A stretch of DNA of 61,847 nt, counting the filler. It is 5 parts of 5 records of this genome, joined end to end, with 100 filler letters (N's around TTAATTAATTAA, not from the genome) between each part and the next. Parts side by side here need not be neighbours in the genome. Positions count along the whole stretch, not along the records: positions 23,871 to 37,227 come from SRR2962707_1453; positions 37,328 to 50,522 come from SRR2962707_1461; 3 more parts are not named here. One strand, 5' to 3'. A program made the position numbers and the translations under genes. Below are positions 28,926 to 39,626 of this stretch, piece after piece; within the stretch, counting starts at the first letter, position 1, and every line of letters begins with the position of its first letter. The notes beneath the pieces were generated by a model. That model was not told the origin of the DNA. It worked only from the letters and a program-made list of their open reading frames with translations, and made no database searches.

Positions 28926-30374
28926 ATGACTGCCAACAAACAAGCCAGCCATCTGATCGAATGCGATGTCTGCGTCATTGGCGCAGGCTCGGCCGGGCTC
29001 AGCGCCGCCTCTGGTGCGGCACAGCTGGGCGCCAAAGTGGTGCTGATCGAGCGCGGCGCGATGGGCGGAGATTGCCTCAATACCGGCTGCGTCCCCTCCA
29101 AATCGCTCATCGCCGCCGCCCACGCCGCTCATACGTTCAAAGCCGCCATGGCGATGGGCGTCGGCGAAGGGCTGGCCCCCAAGGTCGACTTTCAGGCCGT
29201 GCATGATCACGTGCACGCCGTCATCGGCGCCATTGCGCCCAATGACAGTGTCGAGCGCTTTGAAGGCATGGGCATTACCGTGCTCAAGGAAAGTGCCAGC
29301 TTTGTCAGCCCGACCGAAGTGGTCGCAGGCAATCACCGCATCACGGCGCGCCGCTTTGTGGTGGCAACGGGGTCGCGCGCCAGCCTCCCGCCCATTCCGG
29401 GCCTCGCCGCGTGCAAACCGCTGACCAACGAAACCATATTCGAGCTGACGACAAGGCCGGACCATTTGCTGATCCTGGGTGGCGGGCCGATCGGACTGGA
29501 AATGGCACAGGCGTTCCGGCGTCTCGGTTCTGAAGTCACCGTAGTCGATGCCGGTGAAATTCTGGGCAAGGACGAACCCGAGGCCGCGCCGCTGATCCGC
29601 AAGGTGTTTGCCGATGAAGGCATTGCGCTGCACGAAAATGCGCAATTCTCCGATCCCAAGCTGGTGGATGGCGGTGTACAGGCTACGGTCAAAACCGCAT
29701 CCGACACCCATAAAATTAGTGCCAGCCACTTGCTGGTGGCCGCCGGTCGCACACCCAATCTCGACGGGCTGGGTCTGGACCTTGCCGGGGTCAAGACCAA
29801 CAAGCAAGGCGTCGAGGTCGATGCCAGGCTGCGCTCGAGCAATCACCGCGTCTATGCGCTGGGCGATGTGGCTGGTGGTCCGCAGTTCACCCATATCGCG
29901 GGCTATCACGCCGGCATTTTTGTGCGCAATGCCATGTTCGGCCTGCCATCCAAGGTCGATTATGCCGCTTTGCCCTGGGTGACCTATCTCGATCCCGAGG
30001 TGGCCCATGTCGGGCTGACCGAGGCCGATGCGCGCAAGCAGCATGGCGAGGTCACCACCATCGTCGAACATTTCGCCGAAAACGACCGGGCCCAGACTGA
30101 GAAGCGCACCGAAGGCTTTATCAAGCTGGTGCTGACCCCGCGCGGCAAGGTGCTCGGCGCGACCATGGTCGGGCCTCATGCAGGAGAGATGATCACCCTG
30201 TGGGGCCTGGTGATCTCGGGCAAGGTCAAGCTTTCAGCCGTCGCCTCGATGATCGCGCCCTACCCCACGCTGGCGGAAATCTCCAAGCGCGCAGCCAGCG
30301 CCTATTACAAACCCAAACTGTTCGGCAAGCTGCCCAAGGCCTGGGTCGGTCTGGTGCAGAAACTGTTGCCCTAG
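28926..30374 (+). CDS. Class I pyridine nucleotide-disulfide oxidoreductase (LpdA/MerA-like)
   Basis: VIGAGSAG, GGDCLNTGCVPSK, ILGGGPIGLE, YALGD, QFTH, APYPTLAE; no MerA C-terminal Cys-Cys. Confidence 0.9.
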   Translation: MTANKQASHLIECDVCVIGAGSAGLSAASGAAQLGAKVVLIERGAMGGDCLNTGCVPSKSLIAAAHAAHTFKAAMAMGVGEGLAPKVDFQAVHDHVHAVIGAIAPNDSVERFEGMGITVLKESASFVSPTEVVAGNHRITARRFVVATGSRASLPPIPGLAACKPLTNETIFELTTRPDHLLILGGGPIGLEMAQAFRRLGSEVTVVDAGEILGKDEPEAAPLIRKVFADEGIALHENAQFSDPKLVDGGVQATVKTASDTHKISASHLLVAAGRTPNLDGLGLDLAGVKTNKQGVEVDARLRSSNHRVYALGDVAGGPQFTHIAGYHAGIFVRNAMFGLPSKVDYAALPWVTYLDPEVAHVGLTEADARKQHGEVTTIVEHFAENDRAQTEKRTEGFIKLVLTPRGKVLGATMVGPHAGEMITLWGLVISGKVKLSAVASMIAPYPTLAEISKRAASAYYKPKLFGKLPKAWVGLVQKLLP

Positions 30375-31030
30375 GGCAGGCGTTGCACCAGTTCGGCAAC
30401 ATAGGGCAGCAGGTTTTCGACAATCCTGGCCACGCCATCGGCATTGGGATGGCGCATATCGGGCTGGTTGAACGCCGGGTCGAGCGCCACGCCGTCGAGA
30501 TAGAACGGGTAGAACACCGCTCCATACTGCTCGGCCAGTGCGGGGTACATGCCATCAAAGGCGGCGACATAGTCGGCGCCCAGCCCGCGATCGGCCATCA
30601 TGCCCAGAAGCAGCACCGGCAGGCTCTCGGCGTCAAACCGGCTCAACATGGTCTCAAGGTTGTCGCGCGCTGCGGCGGCAGGCAGACCCTGCAGCATGTC
30701 ATTGGCCCCCAGCCCCAGAATAATGGCATCGGGCGCGTCAGACAGCGACCAGTCCAGATGCGCCACGCCGTCAGCTGTCGTGTCGCCCGAAACGCTGGCA
30801 TTGAGCAGGGTGGCATCAATTCCTGCGGCGTCCATGGCCGCCTGCATCTGGGCAGCAAAACCCTCTTCGGGTGGCAGGCCATAGCCGGCAAGCAGGCTGT
30901 CGCCATAAAGCATGATCGTGCGCTCGACAGCGGCCACCTGCGGGGCGAATGCCGCAATTGTGGTCAACACAGCCATTGCGCAAAGCGTCTTATGCACCCA
31001 ACTTCTCAAAACAATACCCGTCCTTGCCAA
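30371..31030 (-). CDS. tesA: SGNH/GDSL arylesterase (TesA-like)
   Basis: GDSL..GYGL, NASVSGDTT, LGAND, D..HPN. Confidence 0.9.
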   Translation of the reverse strand: MARTGIVLRSWVHKTLCAMAVLTTIAAFAPQVAAVERTIMLYGDSLLAGYGLPPEEGFAAQMQAAMDAAGIDATLLNASVSGDTTADGVAHLDWSLSDAPDAIILGLGANDMLQGLPAAAARDNLETMLSRFDAESLPVLLLGMMADRGLGADYVAAFDGMYPALAEQYGAVFYPFYLDGVALDPAFNQPDMRHPNADGVARIVENLLPYVAELVQRLP

Positions 31031-31065
31031 TTCAAATTCCTCAGACCAGCACCTGGCCCTTATTC

Positions 31066-31767
31066 ATGACCGAAACCATCGCCCAGACCCAAGCCATGAA
31101 CCTGCACCTTAGGTCGGGCAAGGAGGCGCTTCATATCCTCAAAGACATCAATTTTACGATAGGCCGGGGCGAAGTGGTGTCGATTGTCGGACCCTCGGGC
31201 AGTGGTAAGACCTCAATGCTGATGGTGATGGGCGGGCTTGAACGAGCCAGCGATGGTCTGGTCAGCGTTGGCGGCGCTGCTCTGGGTGGCATGAACGAGG
31301 ACGATCTGGCCGATATGCGGCGCAATAATATCGGCATCCTGTTCCAGAACTTTCACCTCATTCCCTCCATGACGGCACTGGAGAATGTGTCGCTGGCGCT
31401 CGACATCGCCTTTGACGACCTGCCGCTGAGCGAAATCCGGGCCCGGGCCAAGGCGGCACTGGCCGAAGTCGGACTGGCCGCACGTGAAGATCATCTGCCC
31501 AGCGCACTATCGGGCGGCGAACAGCAGCGCGTCGGTCTGGCGCGCGCCATCGTTACGCGCCCCAAACTGCTGTTGGCCGATGAGCCCACGGGCAATCTCG
31601 ATCAGGAAACCGCCAAATCGGCCATCGACCTGCTGTTCAATCTGGCGCGTGCCAATGGCATGGCGGTGCTGCTGATCACCCATGACAACAGCCTGGCGCA
31701 ACGCGCCGACCGACAGATGCGCATGGATCGCGGCGAACTCAGTGAACTGACCGCGGTGCCGGCATGA
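31066..31767 (+). CDS. ybbA: ABC transporter ATP-binding protein (YbbA-like)
   Basis: [27 protein letters not shown]; divergent from tesA. Confidence 0.9.
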   Translation: MTETIAQTQAMNLHLRSGKEALHILKDINFTIGRGEVVSIVGPSGSGKTSMLMVMGGLERASDGLVSVGGAALGGMNEDDLADMRRNNIGILFQNFHLIPSMTALENVSLALDIAFDDLPLSEIRARAKAALAEVGLAAREDHLPSALSGGEQQRVGLARAIVTRPKLLLADEPTGNLDQETAKSAIDLLFNLARANGMAVLLITHDNSLAQRADRQMRMDRGELSELTAVPA

Positions 31768-34316
31768 ACCGACTAATTGCCTGGCTGCGCGTTGCGCTGA
31801 TCGATCTGCGCGGCAGCGCGGCACGCTTCACCATCCTGATGGCCTGTCTGGCACTTGGCGTGGCCGCCATTGGCGTGGTCAGTTCGGTGCGTAGCGCGGT
31901 GGAAACCGCCATTGCCCGCGATGCCCGCGCCATTCTGGGCGGCGATCTCGAACTGCGCTCGCAGCGCACCGATATTACGCCCGACGTGCTGAGTGCGCTC
32001 GAAAAGCTCGGGCCGGTCAATCGCGAGGTTCAGCTCAATTCACAGGCCCAGAAGGGCGATCTTTCGGCCTTTCTGTCTTTGCGTGGCGTTGGCGATCTCT
32101 ACCCCTTGGTCGGTGACGTTGTTCTAGCCCCGGGCGCCCTGCCCGGCAGCACGGCTGATTTGCTCGGCCAGCAGAATGGTGTCTGGGGCATTCTGCTCTC
32201 GCAACAAGCCGCTTTGCGGCTGGAGGCCACCCCGGGCGATACGATCCGCGTCGGCACGCTTGAGCTGCAATTGCGCGGCATTATCGATACCCTGCCCGAT
32301 CAGGCGACGCTGGGCTTCCAGCTTGGCGCCCCGGCGCTGGTCTCTGACGCCACCCTGCCGCTGGCGGGGCTGAAACAGGAAGGCGTGCTCAACCAGTTCC
32401 AGTACAAGGTGCTGCTTGAAGACACAGACTTCACCAGTGCCGAAACGGCGCTGGAAGAGCAATTCCCCGAAAGCGAATTCCGCATCCGCTCGCCGCGCGA
32501 AGCCACGGCCGCCATTGCCCGCTTCATCACCATTTTCGGCAATTTCATGCTGCTGGTGGCCCTCTCATCCATGGTGGTTGGCGGGCTGGGCGCGGCCAAT
32601 GCGGTCACTGCCTATGTCGGTGAGCGCCAATCGGCCATCGCCACCATGCGCTCGCTGGGTGCCGGCGGAAACCGCATCATGGTGCATTTCCTGGCCCAGA
32701 TCATCTTCCTGTCATTGCTGTCGATTGCCATCGGACTGGTCGCCATTGCTGTGGGTACTTTCGCCATCCTGCCGCTCTTGGCCGGGCTGATCGGCCTTGA
32801 CCTGCCGGCTGCGCTGGACCTGCGCTCGATGGCGGCGGCCGGCGGCATTGGTCTGGTGACGGCCATCATCTTTGCCTGGTTGCCGCTGCTGCATGCCCGC
32901 GCCATTCGCCCAGCCCTGCTGTTCCGTGCGGGAGGCTCAAGCAATCTTGAGCGGCAGGACTGGCGCAGCTGGCTGACCCCAATTGCTTCGGTACCGCTGC
33001 TGATCGGCTTTGCCCTGCTGTTTGCCCTGACACTGAGCATTGCCAGCGATATGCGGCTGGTGGCCATCTATTTTGCTGGCACTGTTGTCGCGTTCCTGCT
33101 GCTGCGACTGGCGGCGGCCCTGCTCGGACTGATCCTCTCGCGCGTCCCACCACTGCCCAACCGGCTGCTGCGCATGGCTCTATCCGCCATCGTCCGACCG
33201 GGTGCGCCCACGACCACAGTACTGGTGTCGATGGGCATGGGGTTGTCGCTGCTGCTGCTGATCGTAACAACGCAGTCCAACATCAACAACCAGATCGCCA
33301 CCGAGGTTACCACCGAGGCCCCGGCCTTTGTACTGCTCGATCTGGACAAGCCCAATCTGGCCGCGCTGACCGATTTCGTGGCGGCCACGCCTGATATCGA
33401 GGCGCTGACCACCATCCCCATGCTGCGTGGCACCATCACTGCGCTAAAGGGCGCCCCACCGCCGACTTCGGAGGATGATATTTCGCGCGATGTGGCCGAC
33501 ATGTTCCGGGGCGATACGGCGCTGACCTGGTCTGCGGCCATGCCCGCGGATACCGTCATCGCCGAGGGCGAGTGGTGGCCTGAAGATTATTCAGGCGACC
33601 CGCAGGTTTCCCTGAGCACGGAAATGCGTGACGCGCTGGATCTGTCGATTGGCGACAGCATTGAAGTCGCCATTGCCGGGCGGCCGCTGGCAATGACTAT
33701 TGCCAGCTTCCGGCTTATCGACTGGCGCAGCCCCAATTTCAACTTCCGCATCATCGTCTCGCCTGGGCTGATCGAAAGCGCACCGCAATCCTATTTCGGC
33801 ACCATCACGGTCGCCGAGGGCACTGATGGCGTCGTGGAAGCGGCGCTGTTGGGTGACTTCCCGCAGCTCAATTTCGTGCCTGTCGGCGATACGCTGGCGC
33901 GGGTGCGGGCCGTGTTTGACGGGCTGATCAATGCCATCGCACTGGTCAGCGGGACTGCGGTTCTGGCCGGCATTCTCGTGCTGGCTGGTGCGCTCAGCGT
34001 CGGGCGGCAACAACGCCAGGCCGATGCCGTGGTGATGAAGGTGCTGGGCGCCAAGCGCAGTGACGTCATCGCCGCCTTCCTGATCGAATATGCCTTGCTC
34101 GGGGCCATCGCTGCCGTGCTGGCCAGTGGCATTGCCATGCTGGGCGCCTGGGCGGCCGCGACCTGGCTGCTGGAGATCGACTTCATGGTCCCGGTCGGCC
34201 AGCTCGGCCTTGTGGCGCTGCTGGTAATCGTGGTCACCATCGTGACCGGCGCTGCGACCACATGGTCGGCCATGTCCACCACGCCCGCCGCCAAACTGCG
34301 AATGGAAACGCCATGA
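31764..34316 (+). CDS. ybbP: ABC transporter permease, FtsX-like (YbbP family)
   Basis: CLALGVAAI, LGGDL, YPL.G, FRGD..LTW, two FtsX-type halves. Confidence 0.88.
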   Translation: MNRLIAWLRVALIDLRGSAARFTILMACLALGVAAIGVVSSVRSAVETAIARDARAILGGDLELRSQRTDITPDVLSALEKLGPVNREVQLNSQAQKGDLSAFLSLRGVGDLYPLVGDVVLAPGALPGSTADLLGQQNGVWGILLSQQAALRLEATPGDTIRVGTLELQLRGIIDTLPDQATLGFQLGAPALVSDATLPLAGLKQEGVLNQFQYKVLLEDTDFTSAETALEEQFPESEFRIRSPREATAAIARFITIFGNFMLLVALSSMVVGGLGAANAVTAYVGERQSAIATMRSLGAGGNRIMVHFLAQIIFLSLLSIAIGLVAIAVGTFAILPLLAGLIGLDLPAALDLRSMAAAGGIGLVTAIIFAWLPLLHARAIRPALLFRAGGSSNLERQDWRSWLTPIASVPLLIGFALLFALTLSIASDMRLVAIYFAGTVVAFLLLRLAAALLGLILSRVPPLPNRLLRMALSAIVRPGAPTTTVLVSMGMGLSLLLLIVTTQSNINNQIATEVTTEAPAFVLLDLDKPNLAALTDFVAATPDIEALTTIPMLRGTITALKGAPPPTSEDDISRDVADMFRGDTALTWSAAMPADTVIAEGEWWPEDYSGDPQVSLSTEMRDALDLSIGDSIEVAIAGRPLAMTIASFRLIDWRSPNFNFRIIVSPGLIESAPQSYFGTITVAEGTDGVVEAALLGDFPQLNFVPVGDTLARVRAVFDGLINAIALVSGTAVLAGILVLAGALSVGRQQRQADAVVMKVLGAKRSDVIAAFLIEYALLGAIAAVLASGIAMLGAWAAATWLLEIDFMVPVGQLGLVALLVIVVTIVTGAATTWSAMSTTPAAKLRMETP

Positions 34317-35101
34317 GTGTACTGCGCCCAGTCTTGTTTACCCTGCTTGTCCTGACGGGCACCGCGAGCGCACAGGAACGGCTACCCGATGGCGGCATCG
34401 CCAAGGCCAGCGGTGATGTTGCCCAGGCGTGGTATGGCCAGCCCACAGCGCGCTATGACCACGGCATTCTGGGCGACCGGGTCGAAGGCGGATCGCTGGT
34501 GGTGATTGATCGCACCGGCACCCGGCACGAACTCGTGCTGCCTGAACGCTATGTTTTTGAGGATCTGACCCCACGGCTGGTCGATCTGGATGGCGACGGG
34601 GCGAGCGAAATTGTCACCATCCGCACCGATGTGGGGGCCGGCGCCGCGGTCGCGGTCTATGGCCTGCGCGATGGCACGCTGGTCGAGCGGTCCGCCACCG
34701 CGCCCATCGGCCGGTCACACCGCTGGCTGTCGATCGCGGCAATTGCCAATTTTACCGCCGACGCAGGCAAGGAAATCGCCATCGTCAAAACGCCCCATAT
34801 TGGCGGTGTGCTGGAAATCCTGTCGCTAAAAGGTTCCGTGCTGGAGACGATCCTGCCGCCGCAATCGGGGTATTCGACCCATTTCATCGGTTCGCGCGAC
34901 ATCAGTCTGGCGCGCGCCGAAGATACTGACAGCGATGGGTTTTTCGAACTCGCTTTGCCCACACAGGATCGACGGCAGATCGTCGTGCTCGGTTTTTCGC
35001 CCGGCGTGCACGCAGTCGCCCGGTTCGATACGGGTGCGGTAATTACCCAGCCAATTGGCAGTTTCACAGCTGCAGTGACGGCGGCCCGACAGCCTCAATA
35101 A
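34313..35101 (+). CDS. Secreted FG-GAP/VCBS-like repeat protein
   Basis: Signal peptide; RYDHGILGD, FEDLTPRLVDLDGDG, DTDSDG; ATGA overlap with ybbP stop. Confidence 0.75.
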   Translation: MSVLRPVLFTLLVLTGTASAQERLPDGGIAKASGDVAQAWYGQPTARYDHGILGDRVEGGSLVVIDRTGTRHELVLPERYVFEDLTPRLVDLDGDGASEIVTIRTDVGAGAAVAVYGLRDGTLVERSATAPIGRSHRWLSIAAIANFTADAGKEIAIVKTPHIGGVLEILSLKGSVLETILPPQSGYSTHFIGSRDISLARAEDTDSDGFFELALPTQDRRQIVVLGFSPGVHAVARFDTGAVITQPIGSFTAAVTAARQPQ

Positions 35102-35201
35102 GTCGCATTTGATTCAGGTTTGGCAAACTGTTGGCTGTTAGCTTGCTTGTTCAGTCGGGCATGGTGCCGACACCGGGATCGCTCGGACTGGACTAGGGTA
35201 G

Positions 35202-37115
35202 TTGCAATTGACGGCGTCCGTTTGGCAAATTCTGGCAGGCAATTTGGCAGTGGTCGCACTGTTTGTGCTGGGCTGGTCGCGGGCGAGCTACTGGCTCAAG
35301 GCAATCCCCCGCCCCTATCGTAATTTTCTGCTGTCCCTGACCATGGGTCTGGGCGCCATCGCTACGATGAGCCTGGCAATCGAATTCAAGCCGGGCATGT
35401 TTTTTGACCTGCGCTATTCCCTGCTGGCCGTTGTCGCGCTGTTTGGTGGCTGGCCGGCGGCCCTGATCAGCAGTGCTGTCGCAGCGGCTTTCCGGTTCTG
35501 GCTGGGTGGTGCTGGCCTGATGGCTGGACTGGCCGGCATTGCGCTGGCGAGTGGCGCCGGCGTTCTGGTCAGTCTGGTGGTTGGCAATCGCACCCATAAA
35601 TTGTGGCATGTCGGCGTAGTGGCGCTGATTACCGGCATCGTGACATCGGCTGGCCTAGTGTCGCTGCCGGGCGAAACCTTCCAGGCGATCCTGCCCACCC
35701 TTGTGCCGCTGGCCCTGCTCAACATTGTCACCACCGCTTTTGCCGGTTTTGTCTATCTGCGGGCATACCGGCTATCGGCCGATCGCGAATTGCTGGCGGC
35801 GGCGATCACCCATGCACCAGCCTATGTTTATGTCAAAGACCGTGACGGCAATTTCGCGATTGCCAACAAGGCGTCGGCGGCGCTGTTCGGGGTAGCCGAT
35901 TCCAGCCAATTGCTGGGTAAGAGCAGTTTTGACATTGAGCCACCAGATCGGGCGGCGCGCACGGCTGAGCGCGAGCGGGCGGTTCTTGCTGGCAATACCA
36001 AGGTGCTCGATTTCGAAGAAGAAATCATCGACACAAATGGTATCTCACGCTGGTATTCTACTACCAAGGTTCCGCTGCACGACCCTGATGGCAAGCTGAT
36101 CGGGCTGGCAGGGGTCACCCGCGACGTCACCGGCGAAAAACAGATCCAGCAGGAACTGATCCGCAGTCGTGATACGTTGGGCTATGCATTGGCCGAAATG
36201 ACCGGCGGCCTGGCCATGTTCGACAATGGTGGCGAGCTGATCTTCTGCAATGAGCAATATCGCGAAGCGTTTCCCGAAACCGGGGCGTTGCGCGTGCCGG
36301 GTGCGCATTTCCGCGACATTCTCAAGGCAGTGATCGATACCGGCGAGCAGCAAAACGCACCGACCGAAGTTGCCGCAGCGGCCGAGTGGATCGACGCACG
36401 CTTTGCCGATCTGCGCCGCGAGAGCGAGCGAGAAATCCTGCTGGCCAATGGACGCTGGTTACAAATCCGTACGCGCCCCACCAGCAATGGTACCACCATG
36501 GTTGTGGCCATTGATGTAACCCGCTTCAAGCAGGCCGAACAGGACCTGCACACAGCGACGGACGAACTCAAGCATCTGGTACGTACGGACGCCCTGACGG
36601 GGCTGCTCAATCGACGGGCCTTTGATGACGCCATTGACGCAGAGATCCGCCGCACCAGCCGCGCCGGAACGCCACTGAGCCTGCTGCTGGTCGATGTCGA
36701 TCTGTTTAAACCCTATAATGATCACTACGGCCATCTGGCGGGCGATGACGCCCTGCGCATGGTCAGCCAACTGCTCAAGCAGAGCCTGAAACGTCCCGCC
36801 GATGTGGTGGCGCGCTTTGGTGGCGAAGAGTTCACCGCCATCCTGCCCGATACCGACGAGGATGGCGCTTATCTGGTGGCTGAAAGCTTCCGTCGGGCGC
36901 TGGCCGAGGCCCGTCTGCCCCATGCCGCGAGCGACAAGGGCTACATCACCGCCAGCGTTGGCGTTGCGACTTATATGCCCGATGTTGTCGAGCGCAGCGC
37001 CACAGATCTGATCGGCACCGCTGATGGCGCGCTGTACAGCGCCAAGGCGGCTGGCCGCGATCGCGTGTTTGGTACGCGCGTGTCTGAACGCACCCATTTG
37101 CGCGCCCTCTCCTGA
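35202..37115 (+). CDS. Diguanylate cyclase (5TM-LYT-type membrane sensor, two PAS domains, GGEEF)
   Basis: FDLRYS...LFGG, YVKDRDG PAS, DALTGLLNRR, RPAD I-site, RFGGEEF. Confidence 0.92.
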   Translation: MQLTASVWQILAGNLAVVALFVLGWSRASYWLKAIPRPYRNFLLSLTMGLGAIATMSLAIEFKPGMFFDLRYSLLAVVALFGGWPAALISSAVAAAFRFWLGGAGLMAGLAGIALASGAGVLVSLVVGNRTHKLWHVGVVALITGIVTSAGLVSLPGETFQAILPTLVPLALLNIVTTAFAGFVYLRAYRLSADRELLAAAITHAPAYVYVKDRDGNFAIANKASAALFGVADSSQLLGKSSFDIEPPDRAARTAERERAVLAGNTKVLDFEEEIIDTNGISRWYSTTKVPLHDPDGKLIGLAGVTRDVTGEKQIQQELIRSRDTLGYALAEMTGGLAMFDNGGELIFCNEQYREAFPETGALRVPGAHFRDILKAVIDTGEQQNAPTEVAAAAEWIDARFADLRRESEREILLANGRWLQIRTRPTSNGTTMVVAIDVTRFKQAEQDLHTATDELKHLVRTDALTGLLNRRAFDDAIDAEIRRTSRAGTPLSLLLVDVDLFKPYNDHYGHLAGDDALRMVSQLLKQSLKRPADVVARFGGEEFTAILPDTDEDGAYLVAESFRRALAEARLPHAASDKGYITASVGVATYMPDVVERSATDLIGTADGALYSAKAAGRDRVFGTRVSERTHLRALS

Positions 37116-37227
37116 GCCATCACAGCGGCCGGGCAGACGGGTAAAAGGCCGCGATCTTGTATGGCAGATTTGTCATACCAACCCATTGGCAGACTTGAAC
37201 AAATTCGAGTCACTGGGAATTAGTGCA

Positions 37228-37327
37228 NNNNNNNNNNNNNNNNNNNNNNNNNNNNNNNNNNNNNNNNNNNNTTAATTAATTAANNNNNNNNNNNNNNNNN
37301 NNNNNNNNNNNNNNNNNNNNNNNNNNN
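37228..37327. other. Artificial contig linker
   Basis: N44-TTAATTAATTAA-N44. Confidence 0.98.
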
Positions 37328-37328
37328 C

Positions 37329-39626
37329 GCTTCTTCTTCTTCTTCTTCTTCTTCCACTTCGTTGTACTCTGCGCAAGTGATCATTCCTTCTGCACTTAAT
37401 GCCCGCGCTTCACCCATTCCGTTGTCCGAGAATGTGAGTTTCAATCCAAACACCCCGTCGAAACCAACGACCACAGCAGCAGCAGCAGCAGCAGCAGCGC
37501 GAAAACAGAAAAACAATTTCACTGTCGTGTACACGCCCAACTCGACGAAGCTGGCCTCAAAGAGCACTTCTGTGCAAAAAAAAGCGTTCCGTGAGCAGAA
37601 GTCTGCAAAGCGTGGCATGCGCTCTGCGACAAAAAAGAAGAAACACTTGGACAAAAGACCTGCACCAGAACACGTACAGATTTCCAACCAACAAACTCCT
37701 GGCAGAAAAAAAAAAGAAAAATCGAGTGATGAAGCTATGTCTAACACACCAAAGATTGCCACCACATCTGACAAAACGAGCAATAAGGGCTCGCGCAGCA
37801 CCGCCAAGAGTCAACAAAAAAAACCTGGCACAGATGAAATTGACTTCAAGATCGGAGACTTATCCGACCGCCTCAGCAGTTTAAAAAAGGAGTTGAATTC
37901 TGTTGCGTTGCGCTCGACCAGGAAAAAGTCTCCCGTCCCTCGCAACACCAAAAGTGCCAAACTTTCTGTTGAACCTTTCAAACGTTTTTCGGCTTCGGAG
38001 CCAACCGAGAAGACCCCAACTCAACCAACAGCAACGGTTCAGGAAAAGTCAACGTCCCCTTCCCCAGTGCAATCTAGTGAACATGCAGAGACGGTGCACG
38101 TACGAGATCCCGACGCTGTCATTGCGGGAGTCATTCGCGACATTGATTCACTGACAACTTCTTCGTCAAAATGGTCATCTGCTCCTGCAACGCCAAAGGA
38201 AGGCACCACTGGCACATCTTCGATATCCCTACACGCCACCAAATGTGTTCCTCGAACTGCCGATTTGAAAATGCGACCGGCAACGACCCCAAACACGTCA
38301 GCTGTTAATTCAGCTGTCGGGGCAGCATTGGACGCAGCACTAGAACAGAGCACAAAATTCAGTGTTTCTAGCAACTTGACAGGAAAAATACTACACCAGA
38401 ATGATGTGGTATCGCCAGCTACTGTGGAACACAGCAACGAGTTTTCAACCTCACTCAAACCTACCTTACCAACACACAGTACTCGCAGCGTGCAACGTGA
38501 CCAAGGCAATGAAAACATAAACGGGGTTCTCACAATGGATGCTATGCGAGCAAACCTCAAACATTGGAATGAAACAATCAAAGCAAGCAAGGCAGCAATT
38601 GAGGCCAGCAGAGGAACTTCGCAGATGAATGACGCAGAAGGAGCTTCAACCACGCAGTTTCCAATTAAGCAACCAGCTGGAAAGCCCGTGTTGCGCACGG
38701 CAAAGGCTTCAGCACAAACAAATCAAAACAAGTCGGCCACTTTTTCGGCCACAGTGAATTCCAGTCAAAAATTAGAAAGTGCTGGAGCGGGACGTGAAAC
38801 AGCAACTGACAATCGATCTGGACCAAGTGCTACACGCACATCAACACGCCAAAGTTCCACCCCTCTTCCAACATGGAAGCACCGACGAATCCGTGCAGTA
38901 ACTTTGCAGCAGCTTCAGGCCAAGTCCGCCGAGAACTCTTCGCGCCTGCAGCGAAGCATTAACGATCTACTTTTGGTTCTTGTAGCTGCTGGAGCTACTA
39001 CCATCGACCTAAACCTTCCATCTCTTGGCAAGGCGTCCCTGCTGCAGCCAGCATCTGGCTGGAAAGCGCACCCCGACAACAACAAAACTCAGCCACAAAC
39101 ACGAAAAGAGACCCAGCAAAAGTGCCCACATCCGCATGTGTCGAATGCTTTGGTTGTGGTCGAACCTGGAACCTGCGATGCAAGCACTACTCGGGGCTCC
39201 ACAACAATGGCCGATGCATTTTTGATTCATTCAACTGCAATCAAAACTTTGTTAGGTGAAGCAGTGGCGAAATCACAATCTATTCTTCAGCATCTAAGAT
39301 CGCGAAGAAGGTCGTGGAACCTGTCATTCCTTGACAAAATGCCAACCATGTTTGGCGACGGCGATATCGATGAGGTTTCCCGGGCTGCACGGCGTCGAAT
39401 CTGTGTCCCCACTGTCCAATCGTCTGCCTTTGCACCATTGTCGATCGCAACTTCAGACTCCAGTTCATCTTTGGGGAGCACGCAACGGTATCCAAAACCC
39501 GTTCAAGGACTCATTGCTTGTCAGGGTTGTGCTGCACTTGTCGACCCGGACGATTCAAATTGTCGTGCATGCCAAACGCCCATATCAATCACGTTGAAGT
39601 GGCAAGCCGTTGCAACTGGTATTTAG
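37329..39626 (+). CDS. Eukaryotic orphan low-complexity S/T/K-rich protein with C-terminal zinc-ribbon-like CxxC..CxxC (frame open to contig edge; start unknown)
   Basis: More than 750 uninterrupted codons; CQGC-x9-CRAC near the C-terminus. Confidence 0.65.
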   Translation, partial: ASSSSSSSSTSLYSAQVIIPSALNARASPIPLSENVSFNPNTPSKPTTTAAAAAAAARKQKNNFTVVYTPNSTKLASKSTSVQKKAFREQKSAKRGMRSATKKKKHLDKRPAPEHVQISNQQTPGRKKKEKSSDEAMSNTPKIATTSDKTSNKGSRSTAKSQQKKPGTDEIDFKIGDLSDRLSSLKKELNSVALRSTRKKSPVPRNTKSAKLSVEPFKRFSASEPTEKTPTQPTATVQEKSTSPSPVQSSEHAETVHVRDPDAVIAGVIRDIDSLTTSSSKWSSAPATPKEGTTGTSSISLHATKCVPRTADLKMRPATTPNTSAVNSAVGAALDAALEQSTKFSVSSNLTGKILHQNDVVSPATVEHSNEFSTSLKPTLPTHSTRSVQRDQGNENINGVLTMDAMRANLKHWNETIKASKAAIEASRGTSQMNDAEGASTTQFPIKQPAGKPVLRTAKASAQTNQNKSATFSATVNSSQKLESAGAGRETATDNRSGPSATRTSTRQSSTPLPTWKHRRIRAVTLQQLQAKSAENSSRLQRSINDLLLVLVAAGATTIDLNLPSLGKASLLQPASGWKAHPDNNKTQPQTRKETQQKCPHPHVSNALVVVEPGTCDASTTRGSTTMADAFLIHSTAIKTLLGEAVAKSQSILQHLRSRRRSWNLSFLDKMPTMFGDGDIDEVSRAARRRICVPTVQSSAFAPLSIATSDSSSSLGSTQRYPKPVQGLIACQGCAALVDPDDSNCRACQTPISITLKWQAVATGI
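37330..37498. repeat. Trinucleotide microsatellites (CTT)n at 37330-37353 and (CAG)n at about 37474-37498
   Basis: Read directly. Confidence 0.9.

Noticed and set aside
28926-30374. Calling the flavoprotein merA or lpdA
   Set aside because: Lacks the MerA C-terminal Cys-Cys and mer operon context; lacks the LpdA His in HPT and dehydrogenase-complex neighbours
37280-37807. Minus-strand 175-aa ORF with poly-Glu
   Set aside because: Antisense reading of microsatellites and A-rich coding DNA; runs into the linker
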